Shown: one piece after another, positions 29,447 to 41,474 of the stretch
How positions within the stretch are numbered: position 1 is the stretch's first letter
Layout: every line of letters starts with the position of its first letter
Source: Microbacteriaceae bacterium
GTDB taxonomy: Bacteria > Actinomycetota > Actinomycetes > Actinomycetales > Microbacteriaceae
Assembly (NCBI GenBank): GCA_003454135.1
Contig: DMKW01000089.1
Span: 8,247 to 51,472 of the forward strand
Direction of reading: 5' to 3'
Length of the DNA stretch: 43,226 nt
Translations under genes and position numbers: made by a program
The notes under the pieces: generated by a model
Told to the model about the DNA's origin: nothing
Seen by the model: the letters and a program-made list of their open reading frames with translations, nothing else
Databases searched by the model: none

Positions 29447-31826
29447 CGGGCCAGCGCCCGTTGCCGCGTCGCACACGCCGTCGCGCGCGGACGGTGCCCT
29501 GGTGGAGGTGCATGAGCTGACCTGGCGCCCGTTCGGGCGTGAGCAGCCGGTTGTGAACGAGGTGACCCTGCGGGTCGAGCCGGGGGAGCGGATCCTGCTG
29601 GCCGGCCCGAGCGGCTCTGGGAAGTCGACCTTGCTTCGCGCGCTCGCCGGGGTGCTCACCACGACGGAGTCCGGCGACCTGGCCGGATCCGTCACCGTCG
29701 ACGGGCAGGACCCGCACGAGGGCGGCACCTCGGCCGGCCTGCTCGTGCAGGACCCGGCGGACGCCCTGGTCGCCCGTCGCGTAGGGCGCGATGTGGCCTT
29801 CGGCCCGGAGAACTTCGGCCTGCCCCGGGAACGGATCTGGCACAGGGTGCGGGAGGCGCTGAGCGCCGTCGAATTCCCCTACGGCCTCGAGCATCCGGTG
29901 GATGCGGTGTCCGGCGGGGAGGCGCAACGCCTCGCGCTCGCCGGCGTGCTGGCCCTGGGCCCCAGGCTCGTGCTGCTCGACGAACCCACCTCGATGCTCG
30001 ACCGGTCGGCCGCGGCCACGGTGCGGGAGGCGATCTGGTCCGCTGGCGGCGAGTCCGGTGCCACGATGGTGCTCGTCGAACACCAACTCCACCCATGGCT
30101 CGATGACGTCGACCGGGTGATCATCCTGGACGCCGACGGCCGGATCAGCGCCGACGGCACCGTCGCGGAGACGCTGCTCGAGCACGCCGCGTCGCTGGCC
30201 CGGCAGGGCATCTGGGCGCCGGGCATCCCGTCCCCGGTTCCCCGGGAACTGCCTCCCGCACTGTGCGCCCCTGCTCTCCGCGGCGGGCCGGCCGGTTCGA
30301 TCATGATCAGGGCGGATGCCGTCGGCGTGGTCCGCAGCGCCCGCGCCGGGCTCGCATCGGCCGGCGGCCAGGCCATGCCGACGCCCAGGCCGGCGCTGTC
30401 GCACGTCGACGCCAGTGTGCGCTCCGGCGAGGTACTGGCCGTCATCGGCGCCAGCGGCGCGGGCAAATCGACGCTCACGGCACTGCTCGCCGGACTCGAG
30501 CTGCCCTCCTCCGGTGAAGTGCGCGCCGGCCGGGAACTCGCCGCCGGTGCCGGCCCGCACCCGGCGCGGTGGTCATCCGCGGACCTGGCGCGCCGCGTCG
30601 GCTGGGTGCCCCAGCAGGCCGAACTCGCCGTCGTCGCACGAACGGTCCGCGACGATGTGCTGAGCACCAGCCGTGCGCTCGGCCTGGGCGAACAGGCGTC
30701 GGCGCAACGTGCCGACGGCCTCATCGAGGCGCTGGGCCTGTCGGCGCTCCGGGACGCCGACCCGCACGAACTCTCCGGCGGCGAGCTCCGGCGTCTTGCG
30801 CTCGCCGGGGCGATCGCCCACGGCCCATCGGTGCTGGTGCTGGACGAGCCGACGGTCGGCCAGGACCGCCTGACCTGGGCGGCTGTGGCCGGGTTGATCG
30901 TGTCGGCCAGGGCCGCCGGCGTCGCGGTCGTCGTCGCCACCCACGACCCGCTGCTCATCGACCTGGCCGACCGGCGGATCCACCTCGACCGCGGTCGGGT
31001 GGCACAGTCGACGGATGCGGCAGCAGCGCCGGTCGCGACCGCTGTGGGTGCCGGGGTCGAAGCCGGTGCCGAAGCTGGCGTCCGGCAGGCCGCGCCCGGC
31101 CGCCGGCCCCGCCGCGCCGGCCTGGCCGCGCGCTGCGGTCCCCTGTCACTGCTCGGGTCCTCTCTGCTCCTGATCAGCGGCGCGATGGCGATCACCGACA
31201 TCCGTGCCGCCCTCGGCGGAGTCGCACTGGAACTGCTTCTTGCCCCGCTGGTCCTCGGCTGGGGCCGGCCGTCCGTGCGGTTGCTGCCCGGGCTGCTCGC
31301 CGTCGTCTCTGTCGGGTTTTCGAGCTGGCTGCTCAGCACCGGTCAGGACCCGCTGGTCGGTGCCACGGCCGGACTGAGAGTCGCCTTCTTCGTCCTCCCG
31401 GGTGTGCTGCTGGCGGGCCTCGCGGATCCGTTCGCGCTCGGCGACCACCTCGCGCAGCGCCTCCGACTGCCGGCGCGACCCGTTGTCGCCGCCGTCGCCG
31501 CCCTGCAGCGGTTCGAGGGCCTCGGCGAGCAGTGGGACCAGCTGCGGCGCATCCGTCGGGTGCGGGGCCTGGACCCCGGGCGCTCGCCGGCGGCCAGGGG
31601 CCGCAACGCGGCGGCCCTGACCTTCGCCCTGCTCGTCCAGACCCTGCGACAGGCCGGGCGGATGGCCGTGGCCATGGAGGCCCGCGGCTTCTCGGCGGCC
31701 GGCACGTTCGGCGTGCGCCGCACCTGGGCCGAGCCGGCCCCGTGGCTGCGGGCCGACTCCGGCCTGATCGCCCTCGGGCTCGTCGTGGCCGTCACACCGA
31801 TCCTGCTCCAGGCCGCCTGGCCATAA
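29424..31826 (+). CDS. Fused ECF module: tandem ATPases plus transmembrane T component (YkoD-YkoC fusion)
   Basis: Two Walker A motifs (GPSGSGKST, GASGAGKST), two signature/LLDEP sets, an Ala-rich linker, then TM helices with RRVRG and AMEARGF (EcfT motifs). GTG 29424 overlaps ykoE. Confidence 0.88.
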   Translation: MSRARPADGPAPVAASHTPSRADGALVEVHELTWRPFGREQPVVNEVTLRVEPGERILLAGPSGSGKSTLLRALAGVLTTTESGDLAGSVTVDGQDPHEGGTSAGLLVQDPADALVARRVGRDVAFGPENFGLPRERIWHRVREALSAVEFPYGLEHPVDAVSGGEAQRLALAGVLALGPRLVLLDEPTSMLDRSAAATVREAIWSAGGESGATMVLVEHQLHPWLDDVDRVIILDADGRISADGTVAETLLEHAASLARQGIWAPGIPSPVPRELPPALCAPALRGGPAGSIMIRADAVGVVRSARAGLASAGGQAMPTPRPALSHVDASVRSGEVLAVIGASGAGKSTLTALLAGLELPSSGEVRAGRELAAGAGPHPARWSSADLARRVGWVPQQAELAVVARTVRDDVLSTSRALGLGEQASAQRADGLIEALGLSALRDADPHELSGGELRRLALAGAIAHGPSVLVLDEPTVGQDRLTWAAVAGLIVSARAAGVAVVVATHDPLLIDLADRRIHLDRGRVAQSTDAAAAPVATAVGAGVEAGAEAGVRQAAPGRRPRRAGLAARCGPLSLLGSSLLLISGAMAITDIRAALGGVALELLLAPLVLGWGRPSVRLLPGLLAVVSVGFSSWLLSTGQDPLVGATAGLRVAFFVLPGVLLAGLADPFALGDHLAQRLRLPARPVVAAVAALQRFEGLGEQWDQLRRIRRVRGLDPGRSPAARGRNAAALTFALLVQTLRQAGRMAVAMEARGFSAAGTFGVRRTWAEPAPWLRADSGLIALGLVVAVTPILLQAAWP

Positions 31827-31869
31827 CGCGCACCGCCCCGCCGGACGAACCTAATAGGCTGTCCTGATT

Positions 31870-31950
31870 GACACGGGGTGCTCCGCCGGACGCGGGAGCT
31901 GAGATGAATACCCGTTGAACCTGTCTAGTTAGCACTAGCGAAGGGATGTC
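31870..31950 (+). ncRNA. TPP riboswitch upstream of thiD-tenA
   Basis: ACACGGGGTGC..GCTGAGA..TACCCG..GAACCTG-TCTAG-TTAGCA-CTAG-CGAAGGGA; P1 GACA/TGTC. Candidate -10 TAGGCT at 31855-31860. Confidence 0.95.
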
Positions 31951-31954
31951 GCAC

Positions 31955-33466
31955 ATGGCAACGCACGCTTCAGGCCTCGAATTGAGAGCCACACCCAGGG
32001 TGCTCAGCATCGCCGGGACCGACCCGACCGGCGGCGCGGGTATCCAGGCAGACCTAAAAAGCATCGCCGCGAACGGCGGCTACGGGATGGCCGTGGTCAC
32101 GGCCCTCGTGGCGCAGAACACGCGCGGGGTCCGCGCCGTGCATACCCCGCCGGTGGAGTTCCTCCGGCAGCAACTGGACGCGGTCAGCGACGACGTGACG
32201 ATCGATGCGGTCAAGATCGGCATGCTGGCCGACATCGACGTCATCCGGGAGGTGCGGTCCTGGCTGGAGGCCACCCGCCCGCCGCTGGTCGTGCTCGACC
32301 CGGTCATGGTGGCCACCAGCGGCGACCGGCTCCTGGAGCCCTCCGCGGAGCAGGCGCTCCGGGAGCTGGTGCCGCTGGTCGACCTGGTCACCCCCAACGT
32401 GCCGGAGCTGGCCGCACTGCTCGGGGAGTCGCCGGCGCAGAACTGGTCGGAGGCGGTGGAGCAGGGCAAGCGCCTGTCGACTGCGACCGGGGTCACGGTG
32501 CTGGTCAAGGGCGGACACCTCACCGACGCCAGTTGCCCCGACGCGCTGGTCAACACCCATGGTCTGCTGGCGGACACCGTGGTGGAGTTCGCCTCGCCCC
32601 GGGTGGAGACGAGCAACACGCACGGCACGGGCTGCTCGCTGTCCTCCGCCATCGCTACGGTGCAGGCGCGGACCGGCGACTGGGCCGACTCCCTGGCGCA
32701 GGTCAAGGCGTGGCTGCACGACGCGCTGCTGCACGCAGACGCCCTCGAGGTCGGAGCGGGCAACGGACCGATCCACCACTTCCACCGGCTCTTCGCCGGG
32801 ACGGCCCCGGTCGGCCAGGAATTCAGCCGGACCCTCTGGCAGGACATCGAACACACCCGCACGGCGATCTTCGACCTGCCGTTCATCCAGGCGCTCGGCG
32901 ACGGAACCCTCGACGAAGCGGAGTTTTCCTACTACCTGGCCCAGGATGCCCTCTACCTGAACACCTATTCGCGCGTGCTGGCCCGGGCCAGCGCCCTGGC
33001 CCCGACCGAGGCAGCCCAGCTGTTCTGGGCCAACTCCGCCCAGGTGTGCCTGGAAGTCGAATCAGACCTGCACCGCTCCTGGCTGGGCGAGCACACCGCG
33101 CCGCGGGAACTCGGACCCGTCACCAAGGGTTACCTGGACCACCTGCTGGCCGCCAGTGTGCAGGGCAGCTACGCGGTCCTGGTGGCCGCCATCCTGCCGT
33201 GCTACTGGCTGTATGCGGAGGTGGGCGACCGGCTCCATGCCCGGTTCCTTGCGCGCGGGGACGGCAGCGTGCACCCGTATGCGGCGTGGCTCGAGACCTA
33301 CGCGGACGAGGGTTTCGCCGCGGCGACCCGGCAGGCCGTCGCCTTCACCGACGCGGCGGCCGGCTCAGCATCGGCCCACGAGCGAGCGGCCATGAGAACG
33401 GCGTTTGCCCAGTCCTCGCAGTGCGAACTCGATTTCTTCGACGCGCCCCGGCTCCATGCGCGGTGA
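31955..33466 (+). CDS. thiD: Bifunctional HMP/HMP-P kinase plus TenA (aminopyrimidine aminohydrolase) fusion
   Basis: IAGTDPTGGAGIQADLK, VKIGML, DPVM, HGTGC; C-terminal YLAQDALYL, ILPCYWLY, ELDFF. ATG 31955 (or 31946). Confidence 0.93.
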   Translation: MATHASGLELRATPRVLSIAGTDPTGGAGIQADLKSIAANGGYGMAVVTALVAQNTRGVRAVHTPPVEFLRQQLDAVSDDVTIDAVKIGMLADIDVIREVRSWLEATRPPLVVLDPVMVATSGDRLLEPSAEQALRELVPLVDLVTPNVPELAALLGESPAQNWSEAVEQGKRLSTATGVTVLVKGGHLTDASCPDALVNTHGLLADTVVEFASPRVETSNTHGTGCSLSSAIATVQARTGDWADSLAQVKAWLHDALLHADALEVGAGNGPIHHFHRLFAGTAPVGQEFSRTLWQDIEHTRTAIFDLPFIQALGDGTLDEAEFSYYLAQDALYLNTYSRVLARASALAPTEAAQLFWANSAQVCLEVESDLHRSWLGEHTAPRELGPVTKGYLDHLLAASVQGSYAVLVAAILPCYWLYAEVGDRLHARFLARGDGSVHPYAAWLETYADEGFAAATRQAVAFTDAAAGSASAHERAAMRTAFAQSSQCELDFFDAPRLHAR

Positions 33467-33491
33467 CCTGCTCCCGGCCCAGCGGGGCCGG

Positions 33492-34136
33492 TTAGCCCAG
33501 CGGGGGCAGGTGAGCCAGGAGCCGCTGGGCGGCATCCGTCGGGTCGTCCGCCTCGGTGATGGCGCGCACCACGACGACGCGGTTCGCGCCGGCCGCCGCG
33601 ACCTGCTCGATGTTGGTCAGGTCAATGCCGCCAATGGCATACCAGGGCAGGATGCTACCCGCCCTGCTGATCCGCTCGGTCGCGTACCGGGCCAGCTCCA
33701 GTCCCACCGCGGCCCGTCCCGGTTTGGTCGGGGTCGCCCAGAGCGGACCGACACAGAAGTAGTCCAGCGTCTCGGCGGCCAGGGCGGCATCGATCTGCTC
33801 TGGCGTGTGGCTGGAGAGGCCGATCGCGACCGTGTCGCCGAGCAGCCGGCGGGCGGAGGCCAGCGGCAGGTCCTTCTGGCCGATGTGGAAGACCGGAGCC
33901 TCGGCCAGGGCGGCGATGTCGGCCCGGTCGTTGACGGCCCAAAGCCGCCCGTGGCGCTCCGCGGCCTCCCGAAGGACGCCCAGGAGTTCCAGTTCCTCGG
34001 CGGCCTCGATGGTCTTGTCCCTGAGCTGGATGATGTCCACACCCCCGGCGAAGGCGGCATCCAGGAACTCGGCGAAATCGCCGCGCTCCGTCCGGGCGTC
34101 GGTGCACAAGTACAGCCGGGCGTGATCGTGGTCCAT
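33492..34136 (-). CDS. thiE: Thiamine-phosphate synthase
   Basis: LYLCTD, IQLRDK, VNDRAD, HIGQKD, GLSSH, TPTKPG, AIGGI. Probably leaderless: TATTGT lies 7 nt before the ATG. Confidence 0.93.
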   Translation of the reverse strand: MDHDHARLYLCTDARTERGDFAEFLDAAFAGGVDIIQLRDKTIEAAEELELLGVLREAAERHGRLWAVNDRADIAALAEAPVFHIGQKDLPLASARRLLGDTVAIGLSSHTPEQIDAALAAETLDYFCVGPLWATPTKPGRAAVGLELARYATERISRAGSILPWYAIGGIDLTNIEQVAAAGANRVVVVRAITEADDPTDAAQRLLAHLPPLG

Positions 34137-34206
34137 CTGACCAACAATAAAGGCGATTCGGGGCAGCCCGCACCACTCCGGACACAGGCCGAAATGGAAC
34201 GTCCTC

Positions 34207-35423
34207 GTGGCTGACCGCGGCGTAGACGTTGTCGTCATCGGCGCCGGAATCGTCGGGCTGGGGATCGCGTGGACGGCGGCGCAGTCGGGCCGCACGGTCG
34301 CCGTCGTCGACCCGGAACCCGCCACCGGGGCGACGTATGCCGCCGCGGGCATGCTCGCTCCGGTCAGCGAGCTGCACTACCAGGAAGAGGACCTGCTCGA
34401 GCTGACGCTGGCCTCCGCCGCACTGTACCCCGCATTCGTGGAGTCGCTGGGGGTGGGCGCTGCCAAGGCCGGGTACCAGACCACCCGGACGATCACCGTC
34501 GGCGCGGATGCGGCCGACCGGCGGTCGCTGGCCGACCTGCGCGAGGTGCAGCGGGGTCACGGCCTGGCGGTGCAGCCGCTGACCATCCGCGAGGCCCGCG
34601 CCCTGGAACCGCTGCTCAGCCCGCAGCTGTCCAGCGCATTCAACATCGACCAGGACCACCAGGTTGACCCCCGGCGGCTGGCCGCCGAGCTCCGATCCGC
34701 GATCGACCGGGCCGCCGCCCGGCAGGAGTGGACCCACGAGCACTCGATCCGGCAGAACGCCGCCGGGCTGCTGCACGAGCATCAGGCGGATGCCGCCTCC
34801 CGTGTCACCGGCGTCATCCTGGCGGACGGCTCCACCGTGGCGGCGGGCGAGGTCATCGTCGCCAACGGCCTGGCCGCCTCTCAGCTGGGCGGCCTGCCCG
34901 ACTGGCTGGCACTGCCGCTGCGCCCGGTGTACGGAGACATCCTTCGGCTGCGCGTCCCAGAGCATCTCCGGCCGCTCCTCACCGCCACCATCCGCGGCCT
35001 CGTCCGCGGAATTCCCGTCTACCTCGTTCCGCGCGACGACGGAACGGTGGTTCTCGGCGCCACCCAGCGCGAGGACGGATCCGCCGCGGTGTCGGCCGGC
35101 GGCGTATACCAGCTGCTGCGGGACGCCCAGGTGCTCGTACCGGCGGTCGCCGAGCTCGAACTCATCGAAGTGACTGCCCGAGCCCGCCCAGGGACACCGG
35201 ACAATGCGCCGCTGCTCGGACGGGTCGTCAGCGGCCCCGGGCAGGCAGCCGGCGACATTCCGGGCCTGATCATCGCCACCGGATTCTTCCGCCACGGCGT
35301 GCTCCTCACCCCCATCGCGGCCCAGCACTGCCTGCACCTGCTCGACGGGACGGCCGACGAGCGATGGGCTCGCTTCCGGCCCGACCGTTTCTCACCATTC
35401 GCACACCCCGAAGGAGTCCGCCC

Positions 35424-35427
<4 letters not shown>
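34207..35427 (+). CDS. thiO: Glycine oxidase
   Basis: [42 protein letters not shown]. Confidence 0.92.
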
Positions 35428-37662
<2,235 letters not shown>

Positions 37663-37720
37663 CCCGCCGTACTAGTTTGTAGGCACATCGAAGCAACGAG
37701 CGAAAGCGGAGGACACGCTG

Positions 37721-38194
37721 ATGCAGACAATCACCCCGTTCCTGTGGTTCGACAACAACGCCGAAGAGGCGATGGATTTCTACACCCTGGTCTTTCACGA
37801 GTCCCGGGTCGTGGACGAGTCCCGCTACGGGGAGGGCGCGCCGGTGCCCGCTGGAACCCTGATGTCGGCCACCATCGAGCTCGAGGACCAAAGGATCATG
37901 CTCTTCAACGGCGGCCCCGGATTCGCGTTCACCGAGGCCATGTCCTTCTTCGTCAGCTGCGACACGCAGCAGGAGATCGACGCGCTCTGGGGCAAGCTCA
38001 CCGAGCACGGCGAACCCGGGCGATGCGGCTGGCTGAAGGACAAGTTCGGAGTGTCATGGCAGATTGTGCCGCGCGTGCTGGGCGAGCTGCTGGGTGACCC
38101 AGACCCCGAGAAGGCGGGCCGCGCCCTGCAGGCGATGCTGCAGATGGGCAAGCTCGACATTGCGGCGTTGAAGCGGGCGCGCGGGAACGACTAG
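37721..38194 (+). CDS. VOC/PhnB-like (3-demethylubiquinone methyltransferase-like) protein
   Basis: ITPFLWFDNNAEEAMDFY, NGGP, CGWLKDKFGVSWQIVP. Confidence 0.9.
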   Translation: MQTITPFLWFDNNAEEAMDFYTLVFHESRVVDESRYGEGAPVPAGTLMSATIELEDQRIMLFNGGPGFAFTEAMSFFVSCDTQQEIDALWGKLTEHGEPGRCGWLKDKFGVSWQIVPRVLGELLGDPDPEKAGRALQAMLQMGKLDIAALKRARGND

Positions 38195-38200
38195 CGCGCC

Positions 38201-39088
38201 CTACTTCGCCGCCGCCTGCTCTGCCCTGACCACGACCGTCGGCGACACGATGTTCAGCACGATCGAGTGGCTGACCGACCCCAGCAGCAACCGTTCGATG
38301 CCGCGCAGACCGTGGTTGCCGACGACGAGGAGCGCCGCCCGCCGTGAGGCCCCGAGCAGGGCCGGCTGAGGCGGGCCGTGCACCAGCGAGCCCTGAACCT
38401 GCAGCTCTGGCCAGGCATCCGTGGCTTTCGTCACCGATTCGTCCAGGATCTGGCGGTGCACCTGTTCCAGGGAACCGAGGAATTCCTCACTCGGAGGGAG
38501 ATCGGGACCCGGCAGAAGGTCGGCCGTGACCGGGGTCTGCCAGAGGAGAGGCTCGTGCCAGGCGTGGATGACGCGCAGCGACTGGCCCGTGCGGTGCGCC
38601 TGCTCCGCGGCGAACGCCACAGCGGCGTCGGAGGCGTCGGATCCGTCGACGCCGACGACGACTCCGCTCCGGGATGCGCCGTCGTCCTCCGGCACGATCG
38701 CCACCGGACCGTGCGCGGTTGCGGCGAGCCGCGCGCCGACCGACCATTCGAAACGCCTCGTGGCGCCCTCGCGGCGATGCGTCCCCACGACGACAAGGTT
38801 CTCCGCGCCGGAGCGCCGCCGGAGCTCGCCGATCGGGTCGCCGCGCAGGAACTCCGAGTCAACGCGGACGGCCGGCAGGGCCGCCTGCACCTCTGCGACG
38901 ACAGCGGCGAGTGCGTTCCGCTCGGTTTCGGCCACGGAGTCCGCGACGAAGGAGTCAGTGACCCCGATGGAGTCGTTGAGGATGCGAACGATGGCGAGGT
39001 CTCCGCCTACACACCACTCGGCCGCCCAGTCGAGGGCGGCGCGCGCCGGAGCGGTGTCGTCCCAGGCAACTATCGTCTTCTCGATCAT
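38201..39088 (-). CDS. Tandem-domain universal stress protein
   Basis: IVAWD..AALDWAA, VVVGVDGS, LLVVGNHG..LLGSVS. GGAGGA SD before ATG 39088. Confidence 0.9.
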   Translation of the reverse strand: MIEKTIVAWDDTAPARAALDWAAEWCVGGDLAIVRILNDSIGVTDSFVADSVAETERNALAAVVAEVQAALPAVRVDSEFLRGDPIGELRRRSGAENLVVVGTHRREGATRRFEWSVGARLAATAHGPVAIVPEDDGASRSGVVVGVDGSDASDAAVAFAAEQAHRTGQSLRVIHAWHEPLLWQTPVTADLLPGPDLPPSEEFLGSLEQVHRQILDESVTKATDAWPELQVQGSLVHGPPQPALLGASRRAALLVVGNHGLRGIERLLLGSVSHSIVLNIVSPTVVVRAEQAAAK

Positions 39089-39145
39089 GTGTCCTCCCGC
39101 GCATGACACTACGCGCGATCGCGCCCGAGCGAGAGGGCAAATTGC

Positions 39146-40033
39146 CTAGAGCCAGGGGAGGAGCTTCGGCGCCGGGCAGGGCCGGCCGCCGGTGAGGTTG
39201 AGGCACGGGTCGAAGAACGCCGGGTACCCGTCGGCGGCGGACGACCCGAACCACCTGTTGTAGAACAGCCAGAAGTTCAGGTTGCCGTGGGTCGAGCATC
39301 CGTCACCGTCCGTCGACGGATGCTTCCGCGCGGCGCCGTTGGGCTGGTAGGGCGTGTAGTTGTACAGATTCGCGGTCGCCTGGTTCCGGATGCGCACGCT
39401 CGAGGCGCCGCAGGAGGCATCCGGGTTGAACTGCACGTCCGCCCGGCCCACCATGAAGGCACGGTCCGGGTGCTCGGAGTACTGCCGGAACTGCCAGGCC
39501 GCGTGGTAGATCTGATTGAAGAAGCCGAAGTACGTCTTGTCGCAGTCGGCCGAGTCCGGGCATCCGTACCCGGTGGCGCGAAGATAGCCGGATGCGCTCG
39601 GCCGGGTGAGCAGCGACTGCTCCTTCTGCAGCAGCACGAGCAGCACCCGCGGGCTGATGGTGCACGCGTGGGCGACCTTCACGATGATGCGGCTGGCCCG
39701 CTCGGCGCGATCGCCCCGGTAGGCGGCGCAGTGCCCGGCGCCCTGGGCCGGCTGCGATGCTGTGGTTTCGCGGTACTCCCACAGGCAGGGCGAGTCGTCG
39801 CTTGGCGAACACTCGCGTGATTCGAGGAAGGCCTGAACGTCCAGCTCGTTCATGGCTTCCGGGTTGTAGAAGTTGTAGTCGCTGATGATCAGCCCCGGAT
39901 TGAACCCGGCGGGCTTCGCGGCGGCCTCGATCTGCCGGGCGGCGCCGGGCAGCGCCAGGCCGGCGCCGAGCGCGACAAGTACGACGATCGCCGCCAGCGC
40001 CGCCAGCCGCCGCCTGGTGGCGAAAAACTTCAT
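39146..40033 (-). CDS. Secreted Cys-rich protein of the actinobacterial 'hemagglutinin'-annotated type; possible lysozyme-like fold
   Basis: Signal peptide; FNPGLIISD, ISPRVLLVLLQKEQSL, ATGYGCPD, YFGFFNQ, NQATANLYNYTPYQPN, CSTHGNLNFW. Confidence 0.7.
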   Translation of the reverse strand: MKFFATRRRLAALAAIVVLVALGAGLALPGAARQIEAAAKPAGFNPGLIISDYNFYNPEAMNELDVQAFLESRECSPSDDSPCLWEYRETTASQPAQGAGHCAAYRGDRAERASRIIVKVAHACTISPRVLLVLLQKEQSLLTRPSASGYLRATGYGCPDSADCDKTYFGFFNQIYHAAWQFRQYSEHPDRAFMVGRADVQFNPDASCGASSVRIRNQATANLYNYTPYQPNGAARKHPSTDGDGCSTHGNLNFWLFYNRWFGSSAADGYPAFFDPCLNLTGGRPCPAPKLLPWL

Positions 40034-40043
40034 GGGGGAGACC

Positions 40044-41375
40044 CTATCGGGGCAGCGCCGAGGCTCGCTGGGAACGGACCCGCACGGACGCCCCGCGCAG
40101 CTGCGGCTGCCGTTGCAGCAGCACCGCGAACGCGAGCAGGAGCGTGCCCGTGATGGCGATGACCAGGTCGAGGCCGAACACCATGACCGTGAACGGCGGG
40201 ATGATCATGAGTGCCGTCGACGCGCCTATCCTCCAGTCGCTCACCCGGGGGCGGCCGCCGGGCGGCGCCGGGACCGGCTGCTCGAACCGGCCGAGCAGCC
40301 GGGAGATGACGATCAGCGCACTGATGGCCAGCGCGAGGATCACCGGCCGCGTCCACCACCAGGCGGCGCTGCCCGGTTGCGGCATCGGCAGCGGCGTGAG
40401 CAGCAGCAGTCCCACAATCAGTGCGAGCACCGGCAGGTGCCACAGGTAGATGGTCATCATCCGGGCGCCGACAACGGAGAACAGGGTCCGGATCTTCCTT
40501 CTGCGCATGATTCGGCCAAGCAGCGGGTACGCCAGCATCAGGAGCGAGAACTGACCGACGGCGAGCAGCATGAGGGCGACGGTCGGCGGGTTGAGGTTGT
40601 CGAGCATGTTCACCGGGTACAGGCCCAGGCCGGTCAGTGCGGCCAGCGCGGCGTAGCTGGTGCCGGCGAGCAGGAGGAGCCGGCCCCTGGACCTGGCGGC
40701 GAACCAGCCGTCCGCCGCCCCGATGCCGAGCTGCTGGATGAACAGCCACACGAAGATCATGTTGAACAGTCCCAGCTCGAGGATGCCGGTGGCCCAGCGC
40801 AGGACATCGAGCACCACGGCGGCCACGGCCAGGCCAGCGATCGTGCGAACCGGCGCCCGGGCGTGCAGGGCGGCCATCCCCGGCAGATACGCCTGGCTGA
40901 ACATGTAGGCGGCGAGGAACCACAGCGGCGAGGCGACGCCGGTGGCGATCTCCGCAACGCTGCGAGGGTCGAGCCCGGAGAGGTGCATGACGAGGATGGC
41001 CGCCGACAGGAAGGCGAACAGGGGAACGGCCGGTCGGGCCAGGCGCTGGAAACGCGCCCGAATGAACTCCGCCGCGCCCCCGCCGCGCACCTCGATCCTG
41101 CGCCAGGACTGGACCCCGACGAGACCGCCGACAACGAAGAACAACGGCATGACCTGCGCGATCCAGGTGGCGGGCGCGAGCCACGGCTGGAGCATGAGCG
41201 TGCGCTGGAGGACGAGCCCGTTGTCGCGGTTGACGGATGCCCCGAGCATGAACAGATGGCCGACCACGACGAGCGCAAGGCAGATCACCCGCGCGAGATC
41301 CATCACCGGATCATGCCGGGCCGTCTCCACCGGCATCGGGCTGCCGGTGTCATGGAGCGCCTTCGACTTTTTCAA
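40044..41375 (-). CDS. Acyltransferase family 3 membrane protein
   Basis: RHDPVMDLARV..VVVGH, QVMPLFFVVGG, LWFLAAY, NLNPPT, MTIYLWH. Start is TTG 41375 or ATG 41336. Confidence 0.85.
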   Translation of the reverse strand: MKKSKALHDTGSPMPVETARHDPVMDLARVICLALVVVGHLFMLGASVNRDNGLVLQRTLMLQPWLAPATWIAQVMPLFFVVGGLVGVQSWRRIEVRGGGAAEFIRARFQRLARPAVPLFAFLSAAILVMHLSGLDPRSVAEIATGVASPLWFLAAYMFSQAYLPGMAALHARAPVRTIAGLAVAAVVLDVLRWATGILELGLFNMIFVWLFIQQLGIGAADGWFAARSRGRLLLLAGTSYAALAALTGLGLYPVNMLDNLNPPTVALMLLAVGQFSLLMLAYPLLGRIMRRRKIRTLFSVVGARMMTIYLWHLPVLALIVGLLLLTPLPMPQPGSAAWWWTRPVILALAISALIVISRLLGRFEQPVPAPPGGRPRVSDWRIGASTALMIIPPFTVMVFGLDLVIAITGTLLLAFAVLLQRQPQLRGASVRVRSQRASALPR

Positions 41376-41474
41376 CTCTCACCGCCGGTGCCCAGTGTGG
41401 CACGTATTCGGATCGACCGGCGGGTGCATACTTCCACGTAGAAGATGCGCAGTGAGGGAGCGGAGGGCAGGTCG

